NCBI GenBank assembly: GCA_001938485.1
Contig: MQRK01254795.1
Location: forward strand, 23,526 to 87,525
Direction of reading: 5' to 3'
Length of the DNA: 64,000 nt
Source: Girardia tigrina
Taxonomy: Eukaryota
A program made the position numbers and the translations under genes. The notes below the pieces were generated by a model. It was given only the letters and a program-made list of their open reading frames with translations, was not told the origin of the DNA and ran no database searches. Below, piece after piece: positions 24,300 through 36,838 of this stretch (position 1 is its first letter; the number at the start of each line of letters is the position of its first letter).

Positions 24300-26830
24300 T
24301 TGTAAATTAATATTATTTCTGATTTTTGTAGAAATATAAAGAATAATTATAAAAGAAAAAATACACAAAAAACTAAAGAATATAATTTTATTATTTAATC
24401 AATAAATATTTTTTTTATTTTTATTGATTAATAAATTACGATCTTTTACTAAATATAAAAAATAATAATTTAAAAAAATATTATTAATTCCTGATTTTTT
24501 ATAATTAAAATATATGATTAAAAAATAGAAAAAATCAAATTAATAAAAAAAATCATAAAAAATAATTTATTCATTTTTTTATAATTAATAAATACTTTTG
24601 CATTTTTAAAAATTATATATTGATTTTTTTCAATTAAAAAGAAATTAATTTAAAAAAATAATAAGAATAATATTGTCTTTAAATCAATAAATAATTGTTT
24701 CTTTTTGTAATAAAAAAATATATAAAAAATAATTGTAAAAAAGAAAATAAAATACACTAAAAGACTAAAAAAATAATTTTACTATTTAATAAATAAATAT
24801 TTTCTGAATTTTTTATTGATTAATAAATTACGATTTTTTTTGCTAAATATAAAAAATATTATTAATTCCAGATTTTTTTATAATTAAAATATATGATTTA
24901 AAAAATAGATAAAAAATTAAATTAATAAAAAAATCACAAAAATTAATTTATTTTCGATTTTACTTATTTAAGAAAATGAATATAAAAAATGAAATAAAAT
25001 ACATTAAAAATATTTTTTTTCATTTTTTGATAATTAATAAATACTTTTGAATTTTTGAAAATTAAATATTTGTTTCTTTTTGTAATAAAAAATATATAAA
25101 AAATAATTGTCAAAAATAAAATACACTAAAAAAACTAATTTTATTATTTAATCAATAAATATTTTCTGCATTTTTTATTGATTAATAAATTACGATCTTT
25201 TACTAAATATAAAAAATAATAATTTAAAAAAATATTATTAATTCCTGATTTTTTATAATTAAAATATGATTTAAAAAAATAAAAAAAAATTAAATTAATA
25301 AAAAAATCATAAAAAATAATTCATTTTAGATTTTTCTTATTTAAGAAAATGAATATAAAAAATATAATAAAATAAATTAAAAATAATTTAGTCATTTTTG
25401 TAATAATTAATAAATACTTTTGCATTTTTAAAAATTAAATATTGATTTTTTTAATTAAAAAGAAATTAATTTAAAAAAAATAATAAGGATAGTATTGTCT
25501 TTAAATCAATGAATATGTGTTTCTTTTTTGTAATAAAAAATATATAAAAAATAATTGTCAAAAATAAAATACACTAAAAAAACTAATTTTATTATTTAAT
25601 CAATAAATATTTTCTGAATTTTTTATTGATTAATAAATTACAATTTTTTGCTAAATATAAAAAATAATAAATTAAAAAAATATTATTAATTTCTGATTTT
25701 TAATAATTAAAATATATGATTTAAAAAATAGAAAAAAAATCACAAAAAAATAATTTATTTTAGATTTTTCTTATTTAAGAAAATGAATATAAAAAATGAA
25801 ATAAAATACATTAAAAATAATTTATTCATTTTTTAATAATTAATAAATACTTTCGCATTTTTAAAAATTAAATATTGATTTTTTAAATTAAAAAGAAATT
25901 AATTTGAAAAAATAATAAGAATAATATTGTCATTAAATCAATGAATATTTGTATCTTTTTTGTAATAAAAAATATATAAAAAAAATAATTGTAAAAAAGA
26001 AAATAAAATACATTAAAAACAAAAAAAATAATTTTATTATTTAATCAATAAATATTTTCTGAATTTTTTATTGATTAATAAATTACGATTTTTTTGCTAA
26101 ATATAAAAAAATATTATTAATTCCTGATTTTTTTATAATTAAAATATGATTTAAAAAATAGATAAAAAATTAAATTAATAAAAAAATCACAAAAATTAAT
26201 TTATTTTTCATTTTACTTATTTAAGAAAATTAATATAAAAAATGAAATAAAATACATTAAAAATATTTTTTTTCATTTTTTGATAATTAATAAATACTTT
26301 TGAATTTTTAAAAATTAAATATTGATTTTTTTAATTAAAAAGAAATTAATTTAAAAAAAATAATAAGAATAGTATTGTCTTTAAATCAATGAATATTTGT
26401 TGCTTTTTCGAAATAAAAAATAATTGTCAAAAATAAAATACACTAAAAAAACTTAATTTATTATTTAATCAATAAATATTTTCTGCATTTTTTATTGATT
26501 AATAAATTACGATTTTTTACTAAATATAAAAAATAATAATTACTAAATAATAATTTATTAAATATAAAAAAATATAAAAAATTAATTTACTAAATATAAA
26601 TAATAATAATAAAAATAATAAATACACTAAAAAAACAATTTTATTATTTAATCAATAAATATTTCCTGCTTTTTTTATTGATGAATAAATTACGATTTTT
26701 CTAAATTAAAAAAAAACTAATCTAAAAAATATAATTAATTATTATTCATTATTAAAAATAGAAAGAAATAAAATTGTCTTTAAATCAATGAATATTTGTT
26801 TCATTTTTGTAATAAAAAATATATAAAAAA
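24300..26830. repeat. Extremely AT-rich degenerate tandem repeat (~360-450 bp units) in DENR intron 2
   Basis: The anchor aataaattac(g/a)at recurs at about 24430, 24820, 25180, 25630, 26075, 26500 and 26685, with co-recurring blocks. Confidence 0.85.
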
Positions 26831-27118
26831 AATAAATTACACGCGGAAATAAATAAAACTAAAAAAATAATCTTCGTAATAAATAATAAAATAATTTTCA
26901 CTTTTTAAAAATTATTTAAAATATTTTACTTTTATTTATTTTCAAAAATAAAATTATTATTTGTATTTATCAATTTTTAAAAGAATATTTAATTAGAAAA
27001 CAGTAAAAATAGTATTAATTATTCTTAAATTAAGTTTTGTTTCTGATTTTCTTGTAATAAAAATATTTTTAAATAAAATGTAAAAAAAAATTAATTAAAA
27101 GAAACAACAAATCGAAAC

Positions 27119-27232
27119 CTGCATCGATCGCGACGATCTTCTCGAATTCGTCCGGCAAATTCTTCTCGAGCCACAATTTGCATTTTTCGACATTTGGGCC
27201 GAATTCGCAATATTCGATCGGCAATCCACATT
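27119..27232 (-). CDS. DENR: DENR exon 2
   Basis: (E)[29 protein letters not shown] zinc-binding cysteines. AAG acceptor after a 68-nt intron; GT donor at 27118. Confidence 0.92.
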
Positions 27233-27300
27233 CTTTCCAATCGATAGGCAAATGAGACATCAAATAAATACACACACAAATCTTATTTATTTCTATCAAC

Positions 27301-27379
27301 CTCCGCAATATTTCACATTGATCGGATAATTGACACCGTCAATCGGCCCAGAATACGTCAAAAATTCATATGTCGACAT
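27301..27379 (-). CDS. DENR: DENR (density-regulated reinitiation factor) exon 1
   Basis: [26 protein letters not shown], matching DENR YPLxVxYCG; GT donor at 27300. Confidence 0.88.
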
Positions 27380-28476
27380 CGATTCGGGAATTATTACTAG
27401 TAAAAAAATCGTTTCGTAGCAAAAAATGATTTGAAAATTTGAATTTTGAAAGCAGTTAAACAAACAAAATTATTTTTTGTTGTTAGTTAAAATATTTAAT
27501 TAAATATTATTCGTTGAATGGATGAAAAAATTGGTGGTTTATTTTTTTTTGTTTAGAAAACTTAATTATTGTAAATGTGTGATTTTTTAGTAAGAAATTA
27601 AATCGGACTACGAAATAGTACGACGTTTTTTGGAAAATTTTGGAATATAGGATTTTGTTTTACTCGATAATCGTTGGAAAGAAAATACATAAAAATTTGA
27701 TGTTTTTAATAAATATTAATAAATCGAATCAAACTTTAGAAAATTGTAGGACATTTTTTTGTAAATTTTGATTTAAAATTATTTTTTAGAAATGGAAATT
27801 TTGATGAAATATTATTTTGTATTTTACTTGGAATTTCTTTGTTAAGTAAAACTTCTAGTTTTTGAAAATGTAATTTTTTTAAGAAATCGTTAGAATTCTT
27901 TTTAGAAAACTTTCAACTATACAAAATATATGATTTGATTGTTTAATAAATTCATATTTAAGAATAAATTTAATCAGACTTCATGAAATTGTAGGATCGA
28001 ACAATTTGTTAATTTTTTTTACAATATCTTCCGGATTTAAGTAGAGCGATTCACCGAGTCTTTCGTACATATGTTTTGGTTTTTGTAAGTTTTGGTTTAA
28101 AATTATTTTTCAAAAAACTTTCAAATACAGAACATATAATGTTTTGATTATTTAATTTACACTCAAACATGTTTTTCCATTCTTTTTAAGCTTTCTTAGG
28201 CTGTTTTTAAACGAAATCAATTTTCTCCACACTTTGCAAACAAACTCATTTTCGATGACAAGAAATGATAATGTAAAATGTGATGAAAAAATTTTCGAAG
28301 GTCCTAGAATGGAAAAAAACGGCCAAATCAGAGTACCTGGTCAAAATAAATATAAAAAGATCTACTTATAAATTATAGGTAGATAATATTATGCAAAAAG
28401 TAAAAATAAAATAGTAAATGTAATTGTTGGTATTAGAGCGGGCGCAGCGCGGTGGCGGCGTCCCAGGGTTGGGAAA

Positions 28477-28842
28477 TCAGTTCTTCCGGGGCAGGGGGGA
28501 GAAACTGAACGTAATCTCACCACCATCACCATCGATCCCTAACTCGCTCATCTCGATCACCAGATCTCTGCAGCTCGCCGTTCCAGCCCCTTCTTCCATT
28601 TCAAATAACTGCGACAAGCACTCATTCTCCATCAGCTCAAAGTAACTCCACCATACTCCGTCATTGTCGATCGAACAATTCGTTAATTTTTTAACAATAT
28701 CTTCCGGATTTAAGTCGAACGAACGAAGTCTTTCGTATACATGTTTCGGTTTTCCGGACGATGGCGACTTTCAACCGATATCTTCGACTCCCATCTCAAA
28801 CACATAACCATCCGAACTACGTTTCTCTAAATTTGTCGACAT
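28477..28842 (-). pseudogene. Stathmin-like N-terminus fused to an unrelated tail, with one in-frame TGA
   Basis: MSTNLEKRSSDGYVFEM...G*KSPSS...DLNPEDIVKKL resembles stathmin ELEKRASGQAFEL...DLSLEEIQKKL. TGA at 28773-28771. Confidence 0.5.
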
Positions 28843-29895
28843 TCGAAAATTACTGTCCTTTGAATTAGATAATGACCGACAAAAAAAAGTTCATAAAAGT
28901 TTACGCAAAAAATTGTAAGACCGTCTTTCGGCAAATTTTATTTTCAATCGATTAAAATGTTGGGTTATTGAGTGATATTCAATAAAAAATGAAAAATAAA
29001 AAGTCGAGGAGGTTTTTATAAAAATATTTATTAATAATATAAATTTATGTACAAATTTTAAGGATAACTTATTTCTATTCAAGGGATTTTATAAGTTGGG
29101 TAAAATGAGAAAACGAGATTTCGTTTGTCTCAAAGTAATTTTAGTTATATAAAAATATGATGTTTGAAAATATAAAATTTCGCACTTTTTAAATCTTCTA
29201 AAGAGTTTTCTTGTTCCACTATTCCTCCAGATTCTTCAACTCTTTATTTTCCTTATATAGGAATAAAACTCGTAACAGATTGGATTTTTACGAGAGGAAT
29301 TATTAATCCTTTGAATATTGGACTCTCATGAGAGAAATTATTAATCTTAGTATAATTCGTAACAGCTTGGATTCCCACGAAAGAAATTATTAATTGTTAC
29401 AAATTAATTTTTTTGAGTCCCTCTTGGATTAAAATCTTCTCTTTTTATAATCATTTTTTAAATATAATTTATTCTTATTTCTCTTCCCAAACATAATGTT
29501 TTCCTTTTCCTCCTAAATATTCTTTTGTCTTATTTATTTTATTTATCTATTTTGTTAAATTTCAATTTTATTATTTATATATAATTTATATTTATTTGGA
29601 TAGAAATATAAATAAAATCTTATTTTATCTTATTAATTAAAACAAAATTTATTTTTTACTACTTTTATTATTATTTCCTCAACATTCGTCAGGGGGCAAT
29701 AAAATTTATGCCCCATAAATGATAAAAAGAAAACGTACGTACATAAGAAGGAATAATGCATACACAATATCAAGATAAGAAAGAAGGAATAATAATTATA
29801 AGCTAAATACATATAAAATTAAATAAACCAAAACATATTAGGATCACAAAAATCAAAAATAAAAATGAAGATGTTATCAATTATCGTCCGTTAGA

Positions 29896-30713
29896 TCAAT
29901 GGAGAGCTCCACGGAAGGATTTGTGAAATATCATATTCGGCTTTGATTCTTTGAGGCGAGAACCACGGTAGATCTGTGCCTCGCGGGGTTTGTCAAAATT
30001 CCTCATTAATGTCCACTTTTTGAATGGGGGGAGGCGTGGCGTGTGGACCACCCTTTTGGTTTCGATGCCAGATATTATAACGGACAATATCCGATTCACA
30101 TCGGAAATTAAAATTTCCCTTGATGATAGGGATCGATTGATCACTGTAGAGTGGAAAGTGACGAGGCACATATCTCGGTTGTAGAATGTTGAACGTATGT
30201 GCAAGAAGTAAACTGTACATGTGAAGGAGAAACTATCTTTGAGATTTTTTCTGGATGATAACCTAGGGTTCCACGAGACCAACGTTTTGTTTTTAATAAT
30301 TCGAGCTGTGGTTCCTCAAAAGTGGTCTCAACTACTCTGGGCGTGAGTCTTTCAAATACCGATGTACGTGCTCCCGATAAGACTTTCAGTTGATCAAGAT
30401 GAAGCGGTGGAGGCACGACATCTTCATTAGAAGGTTTGTAGGCTTGGTATGTTTACTTATCTAAGGGGGGTAATATGTATTCACTTTCGCTAAAATTATC
30501 ATCTAATCGAGCGAAAAGATCTAGGTTATCGAAGTCGTCATCGTCTAGCTGTTCCCTAGCTGACTTAAAAGATGTCATGGAAGACGTTTCTGAAAGAACT
30601 TTCAACATTCTCCAGTAATTTGTTTCCAACCATTCTTCTACCGTAGAAGAGGGTGGACCATGTGCTTGAGGAAGCGAATTATCAAACAACTGTGCGGTGT
30701 TCGTAGGGTACAA
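29896..30713 (-). pseudogene. Unidentified decayed ORF, possibly a mobile-element accessory gene
   Basis: Consecutive same-frame ORFs 30713-30453 and 30416-30141 in an island of higher GC. No motif recognised. Confidence 0.3.
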
Positions 30714-31596
30714 TGTATCTATCTATTTGTCTTCAATTTTGCGATATATTCCCCACAGGGCATCTGTGTCCTCATATGAAGAATGGACATGTAGCTGGTT
30801 ATTTTTATGAATGATATCCCAAGCCAACGACTTTATGCAGTAAAAATTCATAGCGTCTTAATAATTCAATTACAAATGCGCCGAATCACAAAAAAAATTT
30901 ATAAAATGAAAAATAATGGCGACTCCAAAATTTCTTTTAAAAAAAATTCGCGCCATAAATCAACATTGATCGATTTAAACAATCGATATAAAAACTATTT
31001 TTTTCAAACTCATTCAGAATAATGAAATAAAATAACTGGCCAATCAAAAATGGCTCAATAGAAAACATAAAAACTGATCTATTTTATTTGCCATTTTGGC
31101 AACATCGACTATTTTTTATTTATTTTTTTTGTTGATTATTATTTTTTGTTAATCTATTTTTAACCAACAATTTATTTTCAAACAGCGAGCACTAGCCTCA
31201 ACAACAAAATCAACAGAATCGAAACAAATTTTCTGTTTCCGTCACATGTCTTTAATGAAAACAAAACATTGTAAATCCAGAACACTAATAACAGTTGGTC
31301 TATTTTCCACTATGATCATCACAGAACCTGTCGTCGATTGGTAACGGGAAACAGTTGCACCGACATAGCAAATCCAAATGCAATGTCTTTCATCAACTAA
31401 ATGCAACAAGTGAACGCACTTATCCATTTTGATAGGATCAAGGCAAGCAGTATGATGATCGACCGTATCATCCCCACCAATGCGAATCAAACAGCAATAG
31501 TAATTTTTCCTTCTACAAAATATAACAAAAAACTTCTCATGGCCAAGTCAAGTTATGTCAGTATAAAGAATGGATATAAATTTTTTTTAATTTACT

Positions 31597-31865
31597 AGTT
31601 ATGCGGTCTTTTATGCATTTTTTTAAAATATTATTTCGAAAACTGTTTTTTAATATTGTTATAAAAATAATAGAACAAATAAAAAACCGAAAATAAAAAT
31701 GTTATATTATGACAATAATATTAATGATACGATAATTAAAACTCAATAAATGCAATTGACGATTAATATATATATTTGAAAAACTACTACATTACATCGA
31801 ATATTAAAACAAATATTCAATTATAATTAATCATGCTTTTTTTAATTATTCATTTTAATATCACA
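31597..31865 (-). mobile_element. 3' LTR of the Gypsy element (distal end approximate)
   Basis: Polypurine tract AAAGAGGGAAA followed by TGTGATA immediately after the integrase stop. Confidence 0.55.
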
Positions 31866-31881
31866 TTTCCCTCTTTGAAAA

Positions 31882-33660
31882 TCATTTGTATACTGGTGTT
31901 GGGTTTCTCGTACTTCTGGTCGGGTACCTTCTCTCATTGCTCTGTATCGGGTCGCTCTTCTTCCATTTCCATGTTCGTATACTGGTTTGGGTTTTTGTTT
32001 TCTCGCTATGTACTTTGCCCTTTTTTACCTCTTTAATCTGATTGTAGTTTCGCTGTATTTCTTTATTAGTTCCTTTGTGATAAAGAATGAATGTCCAGTC
32101 GTTAATAATTCTCTTGATAATAAACAGTCCGATATATTTGCTTTCAAACCCCTGTGCTCCTTGGTTCTTGATCATTACCATCTGTCCTATTTTCAATATT
32201 GTACTCCATCGGTTCTTATCATATCTCTCTTTATCTTTTTCGTTCTGTTCTCGTGCATTTTTCTCGATGTTTTCGTGTATAATTTTTATCTTCCGTCTCA
32301 TTTCATTTACGTATTCCTCTGTGCTGCGATATTCCGTGTCTGTGAAGGATTCGGGGTAATTGAAATCAATCCGTGGTCTGTGTCCGAAAATTACTTCATA
32401 TGGAGAGTACTTTGTCGTTTTTTGCTTTGTCATTTTTTATTTTGTCGTTCGTAGTCCCAGTTCAACGAACGGTAGTGCTTCACTCCAGTCTAGAATATTT
32501 CTTTCCTCCATTACTGCACTGATCATAGGTTTTATAGTCTTGAACAATCTTTCTGTTAATCCATTACTTTGTGGGTAGTATGGTGAGGTATTTGTTTTTT
32601 CAATTCCCAGTGCTCGGCAGTGTTCAAAAAATAAATTCGAGGTAAAATTAGTACCCCTGTCGGAATGTATTCTTTCCGGGATACCAAATTTGGATATCCA
32701 GTGGATGCATAACTTTTTAATCACCTCTTCTGCTGTTATTGTCTTCATCGGTATTAGGCATATATATTTGGAGAAGTAGTCAATGACCCCGAGGATGTAT
32801 CGGTATCCTTTTCTTGTTCTGTTAAAAGGTCCCGTGATGTCTATTCCAATAACTTCGAATGATTTTATGGTGATCGAGATCTGCAACGGTGCCCTGATTC
32901 TTCCATTGATGTCCTTGTTTCGAATGCAAGGTGTGCACTTACTCAGCGTTTCTTTTATGTCATTCGCCATTTTCGGCCAATAATGTTTTCTTGAGATGGC
33001 TTCGATAGTTTTTTCTAATCCTGGGTGCCCCAATTTTTTGTGGTGGTTCCATATAATCTCCATTCTTTTATGTTTTGGAACCATTACCCTATATATTCCG
33101 TCTTTGAACAAGTATATTATATCACCCCGAATTCTGACCTCGTATTCGTTGGAGTGGTATCTTCTCATCTCATCTTTGTTATTTTTTTGGTTTAGTAACT
33201 TCCTTAACTCCTCATTTTTCTCCTGCTCCCACTCGTTGTAGCTGCTGTCACCGTGTTTCTGTATTTCATTGACGATTTTTTCCGAATACTCGCTACGAGT
33301 TTTGTCACTTGTGTTGTGCACCGAATGAAATTCTTTTAGATTTCTTTTTCTTTTTGGGTCTTCGTGTGAAATGGCGCAATGTTCACATGGTGCTGGTCTG
33401 GAAAGTGCATCCGCATTATTGTGTTCCTTTCCTTTCCTGAATTCTATTTCCATATCGAATATTTCGAGTTCCGATTTCCAAATACAGTACTGTGATGTGT
33501 TTGGACTATTCCAGTTTAAGAGCCATTTTAGTGCCTGGTGATCCGTTCTGACGAGAAAATGTGACCCGATTAAATAGTGCTTGAATTTTAAAACGAATGT
33601 ATGAATTACTAGTAGCTCCTTTCGTGTTATACAGTATTGTTTCTGGCTCTTGTTTCTTGC
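31882..33660 (-). mobile_element. Ty3/Gypsy pol fragment (RNase H and integrase)
   Basis: YCITRKELL, VRTDHQAL, NADALSR, H..LGHPG...CTPC, GIDITGP, IDYFSKY, SDRGTNF, PQSNGLTER; frameshift near 32435. Confidence 0.95.
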
Positions 33661-33669
33661 CTCCAACAG

Positions 33670-34069
33670 AAGAGGCAACAATGCAGACAGAGACGAAGAA
33701 CCCACACTTATCTAAACGACCAATTTTCAGCCAGCAACAGTCACCCCGACTATTTCAACGGTGATGGAGCAAACGACTTATCTCGAAGATACACATTGGT
33801 CTTTTAGGATCGCAGATCCAAATGCGAGGGTAAAGTTCAAATGTCCCTTTCGCGGCTGGACCAAGTCCACCAATACAGCCAAAGGGATGCTCAATCATGG
33901 TACCACAATTCATGATTGGTCGTTTGCAACAGGGAAGCCCAAGAAATTTCGGAGACTGAAGCATTCCGTCCCGTAGGACGCCTATCGGGGGGCAGCTAGC
34001 ACTCTTTAGTTTGGGTGGACCCTCTAAAGAGCCTAGTTGCTCCATACCATTCGAAAGAGATAGGAGGCC
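33670..34069 (+). mobile_element. 3' end of a zinc-finger-tailed LINE (same family as 57392-58630)
   Basis: FKCPFRGWTKSTNTAKGMLNHG versus FNCPFAGCSKSSGTAKGMEHG, plus a shared ~100-nt 3' tail. Confidence 0.75.
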
Positions 34070-34074
34070 AACTA

Positions 34075-34745
34075 TATTAAAAGCCGTCCTTTGAATGTAC
34101 GACTTTTTTTTGCAAATATGTAAAGAAATGGGAAGTTATCATATCAGCTTCTTTTTCATACCAATGTACGTGAGGGGAAATTCTAAACCGATTATTTGAA
34201 CTTAGTCATGAACTTTAAGTTTTTCTTAATGATATGTTTGATCTGAAAAAACTGATTATATGACTGGAAATGGCCTCGTAAAATGGCATACATAGCAGAT
34301 ATATTCTCCTTTTTAAATTGTCTCAACTTATCGTTTCAAGGCAAAGAAATTTAATTGTTTTCCGTTCAAGATAAAGTGAACGCTACCATTGCAAAACTAA
34401 ATTTATGACAAAAGAGAGTTGATAATGTGGAAGTGGACTCGTTTCCCTCTCTTTATGTGAGTTTATTTCTACTCTGAAATGTATAACACAACATTTAGAG
34501 AGTTTACAAGTGGACCTGAAAAACTATTTTCTTGATTTAAACAAAAATATTGAATGGATAAGATATCCGTTCAACATTAATAGAACATCCATATCATAAG
34601 GTTTATCGTATGTGGAAGAAGAGCAACTGTTAGAATAAGCGTCAGATGGATTCTCGAAAAATAAACATAAGAAGTATACTTTAATATCATTCTGGTTGCA
34701 AATGAAACATGTGTTACCATGTGAAATATTATGAACTACTTCTTC
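34075..34745 (+). mobile_element. hAT Buster/ZBED-type transposase fragment
   Basis: IKSRPLNVR..LQICKEMGS, MAYIADIFSFLNCLNLSFQGK, WIRYPF, EEEQLLE, FW read across frameshifts. Confidence 0.8.
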
Positions 34746-34750
34746 ATCTA

Positions 34751-36099
34751 CAGGGTGTGTCATCAGTCCGTACAAGTAGAACAATTTAAGGCAATAAGTT
34801 AAAAACTTTTATTGAAAACGACATGATCGCAGGAATCAATCAAAAACCACATGGCTCTACCTGTAAACCGTCATGTGCAACACAGAGGTGGAGACCCCGG
34901 AAGGTACGCGTATTGATTCGTTCCAGTAGATTTCGAGGGAAGTCAAGAAATGCAGCTGTAATAGCTGCTTTCAGCTCGTCGACATTGGCAGCTTTGTGAG
35001 ACAATATCTTTGGTTTGAGAATGTCCCATAGGGCATTATCGCAGGAGATCAAATCAGGACTCCGTGGAGGCCAAGGCATTGGTCCGTAAAATAGGTCCTG
35101 AAAATTCTGCTGAAGGAAGTCTCTTGTCTCCGTGTGAGCAGTTGCGCCATCCTGCTGGAAGTGAGGGGACAGGAGAATGCCTTTAAGTTGTAAAGCAGGA
35201 ACGAATTTTGACTTTAGCATGTCGATGTAAGACGCAGATGTAACATATCCGTGTATGAAGAACGGTCTAATCAAATGTGAAGCTGAAATGGCAGCCCAAA
35301 CCATTACAGACGGTGGTTTTTTTTGTTCCCAAAAATAAGGGTTTTTCTTGGACCAAAACGACATCATAATTTGACCTCGACCTTCAGCGTACACGGCACA
35401 TTCATCTGTGAAGAAAAGCTTGCTGCGTCTTGTGTTGTTGTCATATTTCGCCAAGATCTACTGGTAACACTGCACACGAGGGAAATGGTCTTCCTCACTG
35501 AGGTACTGCACCTTCGTTGGCCTCCATCACTTGTAACCCAGATCTTCTTTTATTAGGCGGTGAAGTGTCTTTGTAGGGATATCCAGTTCTTCAGCTCGCT
35601 GCCGTATAGACAAACATGGTTTCGTTTGTAGTGACTATTCAACATTGTCTTGTTCATCACCTCGTTCCCTGGGACGCCCACCTCGAGGTAAATCCAGAAT
35701 GGAACCTGTCTGAAATAAATTTTCTTCCCATGTCTGAATAACTCTGGTATCTGAAGGCTCGCCTTCAAATTTTTTTCTTAATTTTCTCTTCCTATTCTTC
35801 CCTTCAGTCACAGTGCTGCTATATTTGTGGTACCAGAATGCAGCCATTAAACGATATTCCAAAGAGTAAGGACTGCTATCATTCATTTTGCAAAAGAAAA
35901 TTTGAATTAATGATATCATGAAATCATGACGAAATAATGCATATAAACAAAGATTTAGGGTTTACATTAAATTATTAAATTACAATTTATTATTAATCTA
36001 TTAATTTACAAGTACATAATTAATTATTTAAATTATCTAATAACATAGATTCCCATATTTTAGTCACATTGAACTCGTAGGGACTTATGACACACCCTG
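34751..36099 (-). mobile_element. Full-length Tc1/mariner DDxD element with frameshifted transposase
   Basis: TA|CAGGGTGTGTCAT ... ATGACACACCCTG|TA. Motifs QTGSILDLPRGGRP, FFTDE, VMVWAAIS, FQQDGATAH, WPPRSPDLISCD. Confidence 0.93.
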
Positions 36100-36838
36100 T
36101 ACAACACCCCACACGCACAAAAGAATGTGGGAATAGTCGAATTCGACTATTCCCGTTATGTTTAAATAAGCCTCAAGTCAGCATGGGATGAGGAGAAATG
36201 AGAGGGGTGCCCTTTGTGTTTGTGAAGCCCTGGAATAAAAAATAAAATTAAATGACATTAAATAAGTTAAACTTACAAATTATTCATGCTTGACCGTATG
36301 AATTGTATGATCGCATAAGCGTAGGTCATAGAATGTTGAGGTAATGAGTGGCCGGTTTTCAGCGAAGCCACGCATTGATCCAGAGGAGTGCATTGAGTTG
36401 CCGCTGAACTGGTCGCTCAGTTGAGCCATCTTCGGTGGGCGTTTGAGAGGCCGATACGCTCACTCTACTATAAATAATAAAGTAAAATCACATAAAAAAC
36501 ACACACAAACCGCATACTTTTAGCATATACAGTAACCAATAAGCGATTAATATATTGGTTTATATATACGATATTTTACAACAATTTCTTGATTATTGTT
36601 TTTGATCAACAACATTTTACATAAAGCTAAGGGTTAAATATAGTTTTATTATTTGATTTTATTTGTTTTAATGAATTTTATTTATTAATAACCTCAAATT
36701 TTTGCATAATTGTCTTTGTTTGATGCTAACAATTTAATTACGATATCTTGTTTATATTGATATTCAGTACAATTTTATTTAAATATTTGTTTCGTTGTTT
36801 AATTATTCTATTCATTTGGTTTTATTAAATTTTAATCA

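Noticed and set aside
31242-31520. Hydrophobic membrane-protein-like fragment
   Set aside because: Multiple stops and no family motif.
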